DNA of 64,000 nt from the NCBI GenBank assembly GCA_024679065.1, contig JAGIQG010000016.1:2790001-2854000 (forward strand). The letters are read 5' to 3'. The notes under the pieces were generated by a model. It was given only the letters and a program-made list of their open reading frames with translations. It had not been told where the DNA came from and searched no databases. A program made the translations under genes and the position numbers. Origin of the DNA: Sphyrna mokarran. Lineage: Eukaryota. Positions 51,841-63,416 of the stretch are shown here, piece after piece; positions within the stretch are counted from its first letter, which is position 1; each line of letters begins with the position of its first letter.

Positions 51841-52120
51841 GGGGCACACTAGTTAGCACTGCTGCCACTCAGTGCAAGTACCCGGGTTCAATTCCGGCCT
51901 CAGGTCACCGTCTGAGTGGAGTTTGCACGTTCTTCCCATGTCTGCATGGGTTTCCTCTCACAATCCAAAGATGTGTGTGTTAAGCTGATTGGCCATGCTA
52001 AATTGCTCTTGAGTGTCAGGGGGATTAGCAGAGTAAACGAGGGTCATGAGTGGGACTGTCTTTGTTTCAGACTCAGTGGGTCAAATAGCCTCTTTCTGTG
52101 CTGTAGGGATTTTATGATTT
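51841..52120 (+). mobile_element. HE1-like V-SINE
   Basis: gttagcactgctgcc…cccgggttcaattccggcc (B-box) and V-domain. Confidence 0.8.
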
Positions 52121-52129
52121 AGACAAGGC

Positions 52130-53700
52130 ACATGAGGACAGATCTTCTTCTTTGGTGATCACTTGCTAGCGAGTATGATTGTCTAACTCCGAACGTGTGT
52201 GTTACTGGACACGGGTTCTGTGCAGTCTTGCATGGCCAATGTGCCAATCCCAGAGCTGTATCTTTAACCTCACACTCGGCAGGCGTTTCTGGGAGGTGGG
52301 TTTGGTCCTTGGGCTTGAGATCATTGACATTCCTTTCTAGGCTCCTTCTCCAGAACTCCTCTTGCCATCGGGTGTCCTCGAGGAATTGTCACTCCAATCA
52401 CTTCCAAATGAGTCTCTTCTCAGCAAGGGTATCTCGGGCATTGGCGTCCATGCTGCATTTCTTGAAGTAAGCTTGCAGAATGTTTTTGGAGTGCTTTCTT
52501 TGACCTTCTGTTGTTCTGAGCCTTCTTTGTACTGGGTGATTTGCCCTTATAGATTCTGACATCAGAAGCAGGTGGTTGTCCGAGCTGAGTTTCTTTTGGG
52601 TAATTATGACCTCAATGCTCGTTCTCTTGGCTACTTCAAGGTCGTTGATGTTGGTAAAACTGTCCTCCAAGAAGATGTGGAGAATTGTCTCAGACAGTGC
52701 TGATGGTACATCTCCAGGATCTTGAGGGGACATCTGTTTGTGTCCAAGTTTCTGAGCCATATAGAAGAGTTGGGAGGATGACTGTCTTGTAACAAGGATC
52801 TTTCTATCAGCACAAACATAGCAGTGGTTGAAGACTCTTGTCCTTAGGCACCCAAAGGCAGTGCTCGTAGATTATCTGCAATATTGGATCTCGGCACTGA
52901 TGTCAGTCTTCAGTTAGAGGGAGCTCCCTAGTTATGGAAATGTTCCATGTATGGGAAGATTTTTCCATTCATCATGATGGAGGATGATCTTGCCCTGGAT
53001 TTGTTGGTAAAAGACTGAAGTCTTCCTCTTCTTTGGTATGCTTCTACAGAGGTGTCATACCAATTCTTTGGTATGCTTCTACAGAGGTGTCAAGTGTGGC
53101 TTGGAGATACTTTTCTGAGAAAGCAGAGATGGCAATGTTATCTGCATATTGAAGTTCCACCAGCAATGTCAGTGTCATTTTCCTCTCGGATTTCAACCAG
53201 TTGAGGTTGAAAGGTTTTCTGTCCATCCTGTAGATGATGTCCACTCCACTGGGAAGTTGGTTCTGGACAAGCTGAATGAGAGCGCTGATGAAATGGGCAG
53301 AGATGTGATGACACATCCTACTTGATTGCAGGCCTGACCTTGAAGGTTTCTGTCTTATTTTGTTGATGCGGACTGTCACTGAATTCTTGTCATGGAATAG
53401 TCAGAGGGTGTTAATGAATTTTTCTGGACTGCTAGCCTTTGAGAGGCTCATTCAACCCTTACCAAAAAGCTTTGGTCAGTTTAATGAAGGTCATATAGAG
53501 TGATTGATGTTCCTCCTGGCATTTCTCTTAAATTTGTCGAGCAGCGAAAATCGTGTCCAAGGTTCCGGAAGCATTCTGGAAGCTTTACTTCAGAGTCTGG
53601 GAAAAGGTACCGAGGATTTGGGTAATGGTCTCCTGTTGATGTAGAGCAGGGAGATTCTCAGTCATTTCCACAGTCCTCGTTATCTCCTTTCTAGAAGATG
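52130..53700 (-). mobile_element. RTE-clade LINE fragment
   Basis: VDIIYRMDRKPFNLNWLK…ELQYADN RT motif typical of RTE/BovB-like LINEs. Confidence 0.7.
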
Positions 53701-54252
53701 GTGGTGGCGACAACAGCCCTGAAGACATAATGGGACAGAAGCACGCGGATAGAAAGCTTGAAGACACTAGCGGCAGAGCTGTGTGTGCTGTGTTCTGCTC
53801 AAAATGAAACTGAGACTAGATCACATGACACACTTTCCCTTTAGTGCTGTTATGTTGCTATCCGTTAAACACAAATTACAATAACAACCGCAATCTGAGA
53901 AAGTGAAGATCCAGAAAGTGAGGCTAATTAGTGAACGATGGTGGTGGGAGATCTGAGGGCTCTTAATCCATTGTCCAGCCTGCATACATCTGAATTGATG
54001 CATTTTGCAAACTGTGTGTTGGGTGGAATACCAGCTTCATTCTACTTTACAATAAGGTAATGTAGAATGAACATGTCTACTCCTGTGTCCAGGATTCTCT
54101 TCCATCCATTGTGTAACCTTGGGGAGTTCCTTGTGTGTTCTGGGGATGGTTTACACTGCAGCCACTGTGCACAAGTGGGGGTGAGAATGGATTATTGAAT
54201 CTAAAGAATTTACAAACCAGCCAGTATTAAATGTTGATATTTCTCTCCCCAG

Positions 54253-54606
54253 TTGGATTGTCACAGGATTGGAAAGCAACGACTCAGGCAAAGGTGATTG
54301 CGCTGAATTGTTCGTTTGTACAAATTTCGTGTCATTACAAATATCCATCGCGTTTGGCAAAGAAACCACGGGATCGAATCTGGTTTTACAATGACAAGGA
54401 AATTGCCTTTCACTCCAAGGACCCCAATGCGATATCATCACAGTTCCGCCATCGGACCCAGCTGTCTGGAAATCTGAATGATGGAGACTGTTCCCTGATT
54501 ATAAACAACATCACATGGCGAGATGCAGGAAGATATTTTTTCAGAGTAGAATTTACTGGCACTGATAAATTCAATTACAAACCAGATACCCAGCTTCATG
54601 TTTTTG
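54253..54606 (+). CDS. Gene B: Siglec-like V-set exon V1 (354 bp, phase 1-1)
   Basis: Acceptor ttctctccccag|; donor TTT G|gtaagc. QDWK…VQISCHYKYP…W…FHSKDPN…GDCSLIINNI…DAGRYFFRVEF; essential Arg codon at 54543. Confidence 0.9.
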
Positions 54607-54799
54607 GTAAGCGATGTATTAAAATCAACAATTCATATTCAACACTCAATGGAAAACAACACATCCTAGAGTTTGATTTGCTTGTTTTGTGGCCGTGTTA
54701 AACTGCGTTATTATTTTTAAGCATTTGTCTATTTCTACTCAGAGATCCATTAAGTTATTGTGTTTGATTGAATCAACATTAGAACTTTAACAGAAACCT

Positions 54800-57400
54800 C
54801 GCTGAGGAGTGATGACACTTTCCCCCTTGCTTCTTGACTGCCAGACTTCTCCAATGCCCTCAACTCCACAACGATCTCTACTCCCTCCACCCTATCCCTG
54901 AACTCACGTCTTTCTCCAGTTTCTCCCTCATGTCCTCCATGAGAGCCACATCTTATTCCCTCGACCCTATTCCCAGTAAACTGCTGACCGCACAACCTCC
55001 CCTCCTGGTCTCCATGTGAATTGATATTATTAATGGTTCTCTATCTTCATGTGTCATTCCTCCCTCCTTAAATCTGCCATCATCATCCCTCTCCTCCAAA
55101 AAATAATCCAATACCCCACCATCCTTATACACTGCAATCCCATCTCCAACCTCTTTCCTCTACAAAATCTGTGAATTTATCTCCAGAATTCGCTCCACTC
55201 TTTCTTGGATTCTATGTTTGAATCCCTTCAATAACATTACTGCTACAAGCAGCTCTCATCAAAGTCACTTATGATATCCTGAGTGTTGTGACAAAATGAA
55301 TCTTTCCTTCCTCAGTCTTGTTGACGGGGTCTGCAGCCTCTGATATGGTTCACCATGTCATCCTCTGCCAATGCTCTACAATGTTGTCCAGCTGGGTGGG
55401 ACTGCTCTCACCTGGTTCCATTTCTATCCATTAACCATAACCAGACAATCACCTTGAATGGCTTTGCAATATCACTTTTCACATGCACACTGCCAACACC
55501 CAACTCCACTTCACCCCCACCTCTCTCAATTCCTCCGCACTTGTTAAATCATCAAACTTGTTATCCAACATCCTGCAAGAGAAGGAACAGAAATTACTTC
55601 CAAATAAAGATTGGGAAGACTGAAGCCATTGGCCAGGATACTTCCAAAAAAATTCAAGTGTCGGATTTGCGTGAAAACTGGATAAATCCCTGTTTTTTCA
55701 AGTGGGAATGAAAAAATGAATCTACTGCACTCTGTGCACTTTAGAGTACAAGCGTGATTCATGTGAAAAATGAGGTGGTGGGACCTATTTCCACTGGAGA
55801 AGCCGGCAGCATAGCGCTGAGCGGGCCACTGTGCGTGCGCCGATCTATCAGCGCTGAGATTGACGTACGCACACTGGTCTCTGTCTGCCGGCCTCCCAGT
55901 TGCTCTCCAGCTCAATCGCTGGCCCCCGAAGCATATCTGGGCCTAGCCTCGACTGCAGCTCCATCACTCTCTCCCCCTCCTGGCATCCTGAACCCTCCCC
56001 AGCAAGCTATCTTCCCATCATGATGGCCAGTCCCAATGGCCAGCATTCCTCCCTCTGTCACTCAGCACAAATGCAGAGTGGCAGCAGGACCTCCCATCCC
56101 CACAGATCACACTCCTGGAGGCCTGCACTTTGCCCCCCCCCCCCCCCCCACCCCACATTCAGATCCCCTCCACTTGGCACTGCCTCATTCCCGGGTGGGG
56201 GCAATGCGAAGTTGCCCCCTGTGCATTGGTACTTTGCCCTATGGGTAGAGCCAGTGGCCCCAGGCCAATGGCCAGAGAGCATCTCTCTGTTCAACCCTCT
56301 GGGGGGCTCCGTTGCCCTCTCTTCACTCCAGTGGGATCGGGCCACTAGCTCCCCAAAAGTTAGTTCACCCTGCTGGTGTGAAATACTCCTGGCAGTGGGG
56401 GTCAGCTGGGAAGAGGCTGGTGGGAACGGAGTCTAAAGTCCTGGACACACTAATCATATTGAAATCAGATTTATATGCTCATTTGCATGTATAATACAGC
56501 TCCGCGCTGACTTCTGGCATGGAGCTGAAGCTACCGGAAACCCAGCACTGGGAGATGCCCAGCCCGGAACCCACAGATCGAGTGTTATCTAAATCTCCTG
56601 GTCTGTTGTGTGAAGAAAATCAATGCAGTGTATTGGGAGAATCGTCCCCATTGTTTTCAGTCCCCATTTAAACTCCAATCCCCAGCAACTCGGTCAATCT
56701 GTTCACAAACATGCTGTCACATTTGAGCTGGAGATGATTGTCTGAATTCAGATCTGTAATATCACCAAGACTGTCTATTTGTTCCTGCATAACATTGTCT
56801 GACTCTCCTCAGCTCCTCTGCTGTTGAAACCCTCATCCATATCTTCCTTATTTCCAGACTCGACTATTCCAAAGCACACTGTACCCTTCAATAAACTTGC
56901 TGTCATCCAAATCGTGTTAACATGCCCCAAGTCCCATTACCCTATCGCCCTCCCATGCTCACGGAGCTAAACTGACTACTGGTCAAGCAAAGGCTCCAGT
57001 TTAAAAATCTTATCCTTATTTCTCCCTATCTCAATAATCTCCTCCAGCTCCAGAACATTCTGACATCTCTGTGCTCCTCCAATTCCACTCCCATGAGAAT
57101 AGTATGATTTCTATCATTCCACCATTGGTGCCAGTGCCTTCAGCTGCCTGGGGCCCGAGCTCTGGAACTGCCTCTATAATCATTCTGTCTTTCTCCCTAT
57201 CTCCTTCTATCACTATTTTTCTCTCTCTTTCTCTATCTCTTCCTCACTTTAAGACACTATTTAGAAACCAAACTCTCTGACTGAGCTTCTGGTAACCTTT
57301 CCCCAATTTCTCTCCACGTATCTGGGTGTATATACTGTTTTATAATTCTCGTGTGTATCACTGTGGGCCATTTGAATATGTTAACATTGTTCTGTAGTAT
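54800..57400 (+). mobile_element. Old L2-clade LINE fragments, interrupted by a MITE
   Basis: SYSLDPIPSKLL, KTEAI and SRLDYS-like motifs; L2-type 3' end. Confidence 0.6.
55635..56650. mobile_element. GC-rich MITE-like element
   Basis: Same subterminal motif as 49735 and 58319; ends ggagaatcgtcccc. Confidence 0.55.
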
Positions 57401-57729
57401 CAGTTGCTGTTATTGCATCCCACGCTCCAGTTCCATTCTTATTTTTGGGGTAATACACAAACTCCTTATTTTCCTTGTCAAAATATAATTTTATTATTTT
57501 AATTTGGAGAACGCCAAATCCCAAAGCCAAGCGAGAACTTCCTGATTTACTGAATTTAAGGTGGTTACTCCAACACTTAGACTGTTGAGGGGAATTTCCT
57601 CAGTAATGTGGAGCATTGTGTGTCTTTCCACAAGTGCAGAAGGGTGTTAAGCCTCCAGTGACGGAGACTGGCTGCAAAGGGACCTCTGCCTGAACCTCTG
57701 CCAAACATTTTTAGCGAGGAACATGCTTA

Positions 57730-59420
57730 GTACTTCGAAGACTCGAGCCCATTCTGCTACTCAATAGGAACGTGGGTCATCTAACTGTGGTCTCAACTCC
57801 ACTTTCCTGTCTACCTTCACATGACCCTTAACTCTCTTGTCCATGGAAACTCTCTAACTCAGCCTTAATATATTCAATGACCCAGCCTCCACCGCTCTCT
57901 GTGGGAAAGAAATTCACAGACTAGCCACAATCTAACAGAAGAAATATCCCCTCATCTCCATCCTAAATTTGAAACTTTGCTTCCTGGTTCCGCATTCTGA
58001 CAAGTGGAAATACCCTCTTGGCATCCACCCTGATAAACCCTCCTCAGAAACGTAGATGTTTCAATGACATCACCTTTCCTCCTAAACTTCAGTAAATACT
58101 AGCCAAGCCTGCTCAACCTTCCGTCATCAGATAAACCTTCATCCCAGAAATCAGCCTGAGTGAAGCCTCCCTGCACTGTCTCCAATGCAAGTGTAACCCT
58201 CCTTAAATAAGGAGACAAACTGTAATCAGTACTCCAGAGTGGTCTCACCAATGCCCTGAACAGCTGTAGCAAGACTTCCCTACTTTTATACTCCAACCTC
58301 CCTGCAGTAATAACCAAGGAGGCAATCCTCCCAAATAAATTTGAAGTGTCGAATTTGCAGGAAAACTGGAGGAATTCACACTGATTTACTTCAGTGGGAG
58401 TTCAGAGTAGAATCTCCCACACTTTGTTCAATACAGAGACACCGGCGTGACTATTATTAGTTTTCACAGGGTGGAGCCTCTTCACACTGGAGAGGTTGTA
58501 ATAAGTGGGCCTCTGTGTATGCACAGTGGCCCCACACTGTCAGCCTGAAGTTTGATCGCTGGTTGGCCTGAGACACCCAAAGTGCTGCCCACCCACCCCC
58601 CAAACCCTCCCTCACAGCAAGATCACAACCCAGCATTCATTCACAGGCCAGCCCTGAACCACACTCCCCCCAAACCTCCTTGCCCAACCCACCCCGATCA
58701 CTGACCTGCCTCCAACCCCACTGATCTCTATACAGAATGATAGTGGGAACTTCCACACCCCGCCCCCACCGGCCAATTGCCCTTTATGCCCCATCTCTAA
58801 ACTCCATCCTCTTGTCATTGGCCCATGCCTGATGGGTGATGCAAAGGTGCTTCTTTGACATGGGCACTTTACCTCTGGTGCAGTGCCAGGAGCATAGGCT
58901 GGCAATCCCAAGATGCCTATCCCAGAGAGCACCACATCCTCTGCCACTGAACATTCTGGGGGACCCCACTGCCCTCCCTTCATTCCAGCATGGTCAAGCT
59001 GCTAGCCCTCCAAACTTGGAGAGCTACCTTCATCCCCGCTGGAGTGAAGCATTCTGGCTGGGTGGAAGATAATAGCAGACCTGGAGAATTCAGTCCCGGG
59101 CCCGCTGATAGCATTTGAATAATATGTAAAATATGATTTAAGTGCTAGTCCCACCTCCCAGCCTAGTGGCCTGGGAGATGCATGTGCGGTGTGAACGCTC
59201 CTGGGAGCGCTATGAATTAACAGACATATGATTCTCCTGGTCCTCTGCATTAAAACATTAGTGCAGTGGGATGGGAGAATCAAGGCCCAACATTTATCTT
59301 CCTATTCACTATTGTGACTTTCTATGATTCATGGACAACGATACCCAAACCCTCGATATCACATCCTATAGCTTCTCTCCATTAAAATAAATTCTGTTTT
59401 CTATTCGTCGTGCCAAAGTA
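57730..59420 (-). mobile_element. Old CR1 3' fragment split by a GC-rich MITE (58319-59289)
   Basis: LEYKSREVLLQLFRALVRP; MITE ends ggcaatcctccc / gggagaatcaaggccc. Confidence 0.6.
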
Positions 59421-59531
59421 CTACAGTTCTCCTCCGTATTGACTGTTCCCCCAATTCAGTCCCATCTGTAAATTATAAATAAGAGAGTTTACAAATCATT
59501 CAGTGTTAAATATTGATATTTCTCTCCCTAG

Positions 59532-59885
59532 CTACACAGGCACAAGAGTGGAAATGCACCACTCCACAACAGGTGACAGCACAGGAAGGTTTGTGTGTAC
59601 AGATTCCATGTCATTACACTTATCCATCATGTCTAAGAGACCAGCCACGAGCTGGAGTCTGGTCTACTCAGAAACAGCTTAAGGTCTTTCACTCCAAGGA
59701 TCCCAATCACGCAACAGGACAGTTCCATCATCGGACCTGGCTGTCTGGAAACCTGCTAAATGGCGACTGTTCCCTGATTATAAACAACATCAGACGAGAA
59801 GATGCAGGATCTTATTATTTCAGAATTGAATTTGACAATGGTCCCAGCTATACTTTTCAACCTGCAACCCAGCTTCATGTTTCTG
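59532..59885 (+). CDS. Gene B: Siglec-like V-set exon V2 (354 bp, phase 1-1)
   Basis: Acceptor ttctctccctag|; donor TCT G|gtatgt. VTAQEGLCVQIPCHYTYP…GDCSLIINNIRREDAGSYYFRIEF, a classic CD33-related signature; essential Arg codon at 59822. Confidence 0.92.
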
Positions 59886-60322
59886 GTATGTGCTGCATTA
59901 TAATTATTCAATAATTCACACTGAGCACTCAATGGGAAATAACACAAGCTGTGATGTTTACAAATTGTTTTCAAACTCAAACTTATAGTTTGTTCCAAGT
60001 CACAATTTAAAGGGAACAACTGTAATCATGATTACTGATTTAACACAGGCGCAGACTGAAAATGATGACTGACAAATTAAACTGGTTATAGAGTGAACAA
60101 GATGGGAAAAACAAATACAAATTAATAAATGGAAATTATAGTGTAACATTAACAGAATGAAGAAATCAAAAAAAAATGAAAATGGGGTGAAAGTGGAGGG
60201 GAGAGTTCATGCTCTGAAGCTGTTGATCTCAATGTTCAGTACTGCATGCTGTAAAGTGCCCAATTGGAAGATGAGGTGCTGTTCCTCCAATTTGTGTTGG
60301 GCTTCACTGGAACATTGCAAAA

Positions 60323-63300
60323 GATGTGGAGATGCCAGCGTTGGACTGGGGTAAGCACAGTAAGAAGTCTCACAAAACCAGGTTAAAGTCCAACAGGTTT
60401 ATTTGGCACTAATTTTCAGAGTCTCAGGTTCCTTTGTCAGGTAAATGAGGATTTGTGTTCACAAACAGGTCATACACAGACACAAACACAATTTATAAGA
60501 TAATGATTGGAATGCAAGTCTTCACAGATAATCAAGTCTTAAAGGTACAGACAATGTCAGTGGAGAGAGGACCAAGCAGAGGTTAAAGAGATGTGTATTG
60601 TCTCCAGCTAGGACAGTTGGTGAGATTTTGCAAGTCCGGGCAAGTCACAGGGTTACAGATAGTGTGATGTGAACCCAAGATCCCGGTTGAGGCTCTCCTC
60701 ATGTATGCGGAACTTGGCTATCAGTTTCTGCTCAGCGACTCTGTGCTGTCATGCGTCGTGAAGGCCGCCTTGGAGAACGCTTACCCGAAGATTAGAAGCT
60801 GAATGTCACGACTGCTGAAGTGTTCCCGACTGGAAGGAAACACTCTTGCCTGGTGATTGTCGAGTGGTGTTCATTCATCTGTTGTTATAGCGTCTGCGTG
60901 GTCTCCCCAATGTACCATGCCTCAGGACATCCTTTCTTGAAGTATATCAGGTAAACAACATTGGCCAAGTTGCAAGAATATACCATATGCCTGATGGATG
61001 GTGTTTTCATGTGATAATGGCATCTGTGTTGATGATCCGGCACATCTTGCAGAGGTTGCTGTGGCAGGATTATGTGGTGTCGTGGTCACTGTTCTCTTGA
61101 AGGCTGGGTAATGTGCTGCGGACAACAGTCTGCTTGTGGTTGTGCGGTTGTTTGAAAGCAAGAAGCGGGAGTGTGGGGATGGCCTTGGTGAGATGTTCGT
61201 CTTCATCGATGACATGTTGAATACTCCAGAGAAGATGTCGTAGCTTGTCTCCTCCAGGGAAGTACTGGACAACAAAGGGTACTCTGTCCACCATCTCCCG
61301 TGTTTGTCTTCTGAGGAGGTTGGTGCAGTTTTTTCAGTGTGGATCTGAACTGTCGATCGATGAGTTGAGCGCCATAACCGGTTCTTATGAGGGCATAGGT
61401 GTCTGTTGAAGAAGCCATCTCCTATGCACGAGCCCTCTATGTAACAGGATCGGCTCAGATGAAAGGGATTACAACAGAAACCTATAGATGTTGAAAGACG
61501 CCCTCAAAAGAACAGGATATGGTGCTTGACTCATTGATCGACAGCTTAGATCCACAGCAAAAAACACCAAACAATTGCATAACCTCAAACACATTATTGT
61601 CAGCAGCATGATGTGGCGATGCTGGTGTTGGACTGGGGTAAACACAGTAAAAAGTCTGGTGTTGTCAGAAGCCTGGTGTTGTCAGACTTCTTAACACAGC
61701 AAACTACCCAACCTTCAAGAGAACAGTGACCATGACACTACACAGAACTGCCTCCTCTGCAAGATGTGTCAGATCATCGACGCGGATGCTATCACTTTAT
61801 GTGAGAACATCATCCACCAGATACATGGCACATACTCTTGCAACTCTGCCAACGTCGTCTACGTGATATGCTGCAGGAAAGGATGTCCTGAGGCATGGTA
61901 CATTGGGGAGACAATGCAGATGCTGTGACAATGGATGAATGAACACCACTTGACAATTATCAGGCAAGAGTGTTCCTTTCCATTTGGGGAACACTTCAGC
62001 AGTCACTGGCATTAAGCCTCCGATTTTTGGGTAAGCGTTCTCCAAGACAGCCTTCACAACACACAATTTAGAATCGCTGGACAGAAACTGATAGCCAAGT
62101 TCTGGTCACCTTACTACCGGAAGGACGTGGAGACTCTGGAGAGAGAGCAGAGGAGGTTTACCAGGATGCTGCATGGTATGGAAGGTCTGAGTTACGAGGA
62201 GAGGTTAGGCAAATTGGGACTGTTTTCCTTAGAAAGACATAGACTTAGAGGAGATCTAATAGAGGAGTACAAGATTATGAGGGGTATAGATAGAGTAAAC
62301 AGGGCTAAGCTTTTTCCTAGGATGAACACGAATAGCACGAGGGGTCACGGGCTTAGGGTGAGGGGGGTAAGGTATAATTTGGATGCTAGAGGGAGTTTTT
62401 TCACACAGACGGTGGTGAGGGTATGGAATGCGCTGCCAAGTAAAGTGGTGGAGGCAGGTACTCTGGAGTTATTTAAGAAATACTTAGATGGGCACATGAA
62501 CAGAATGGGAATGGAGGGGTATAGAAAACTGATTTAAAATAGGGATCATGAGCCTTGGGAGTCCCTGGGAAGTATGTAAATAGATGATGATATTGATGTA
62601 CTTGTTTTTATCCTACAGGTGCTTTGGTCCACCTTGTTGTCTAACGAGGGGCATACACGCGATGGGTCGTGAGAGGGCTGCTCTTGGATTTTTTTTGAGA
62701 GTATCCTAGTGCTTCACGTTGTTAGTGTACGCTTGACCTGGACCATTTGATGGGCAACACGACAGCTCAGTGACTATCGCTGTGCTGTGCAGATACATGG
62801 ATTTGGGCCTGTGTCTGTGGGAGTTTGCGCATTCTCCCCGTGCTTGCGTGGGTTTTCTCCGGGTGCTCCGGTTTCCTCCCACATCCCAAAGATGTGCTCT
62901 TAGGCTAATTGGCAAAACAATTCTCCCTAAATTGTCTCAAATTTGGTTTTTAATCCATTGATCTATAAACATGGACAGGGATCGCAGGTAGACGTGGGAA
63001 CGCTGGGGTGGCGGCACCGGCTCGTTGGGCCGAAGGGCCTGTTTCCCGTGCTGTTTTGTTCTTTGTTCTGCGCATGAGGACGGCCTCAAGCAGGATCTTG
63101 GGTTTATTCACACTATCTGTGACCCTCACGACTTGCTTAGGCTTACAAAATCTCACTAAGTGTCCTGGCTGGACACCATACACATCTCTTTAACCTGTGC
63201 TTAACCCTCTCTCCACTCACATTGCCTATACCTTTAAGACTTGATTGTCTGTAAAGACTCACATTCCAATCATTATTTTGTAAACTGAGTTTATGCAGAT

Positions 63301-63415
63301 ATGACCTGCTTGTGAACACAAGTCCTCAACTCACCTAATGAAGGGGCATGAGATTCTGAAAGCTAGTGCCAAATAAACCTGCTGGACTTTAACCTGGTGT
63401 TGTGAGACTTCTTAC
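60323..63415. mobile_element. Penelope-like element in inverted (tail-out) arrangement, with a CR1 inserted in the right arm
   Basis: Minus-strand arm 60323-~61400 (DRVPFVVQYFPGGDKLRH). Plus-strand arm ~61410-62100 resumes at ~63070 and carries a hammerhead remnant cac-CTAATGA…GAAAGCTA-gtg at 63332-63368. Confidence 0.8.
62098..63070 (+). mobile_element. CR1 3' end whose 3' UTR contains a V-SINE core (copy 2)
   Basis: ORF2 C-terminus 62127-62537, UTR, V-domain at ~62810-62930, gggccgaagggcctg tail. Confidence 0.8.
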
Positions 63416-63416
63416 A

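Noticed and set aside
54253-59960. RAG-rearranging V segments (Ig, TCR or IgNAR)
   Set aside because: The exons include the G strand and end in GT donors; there is no CACAGTG-12/23-ACAAAAACC signal; the Cys pattern is Siglec-type (B-E intra-sheet), not B-F.
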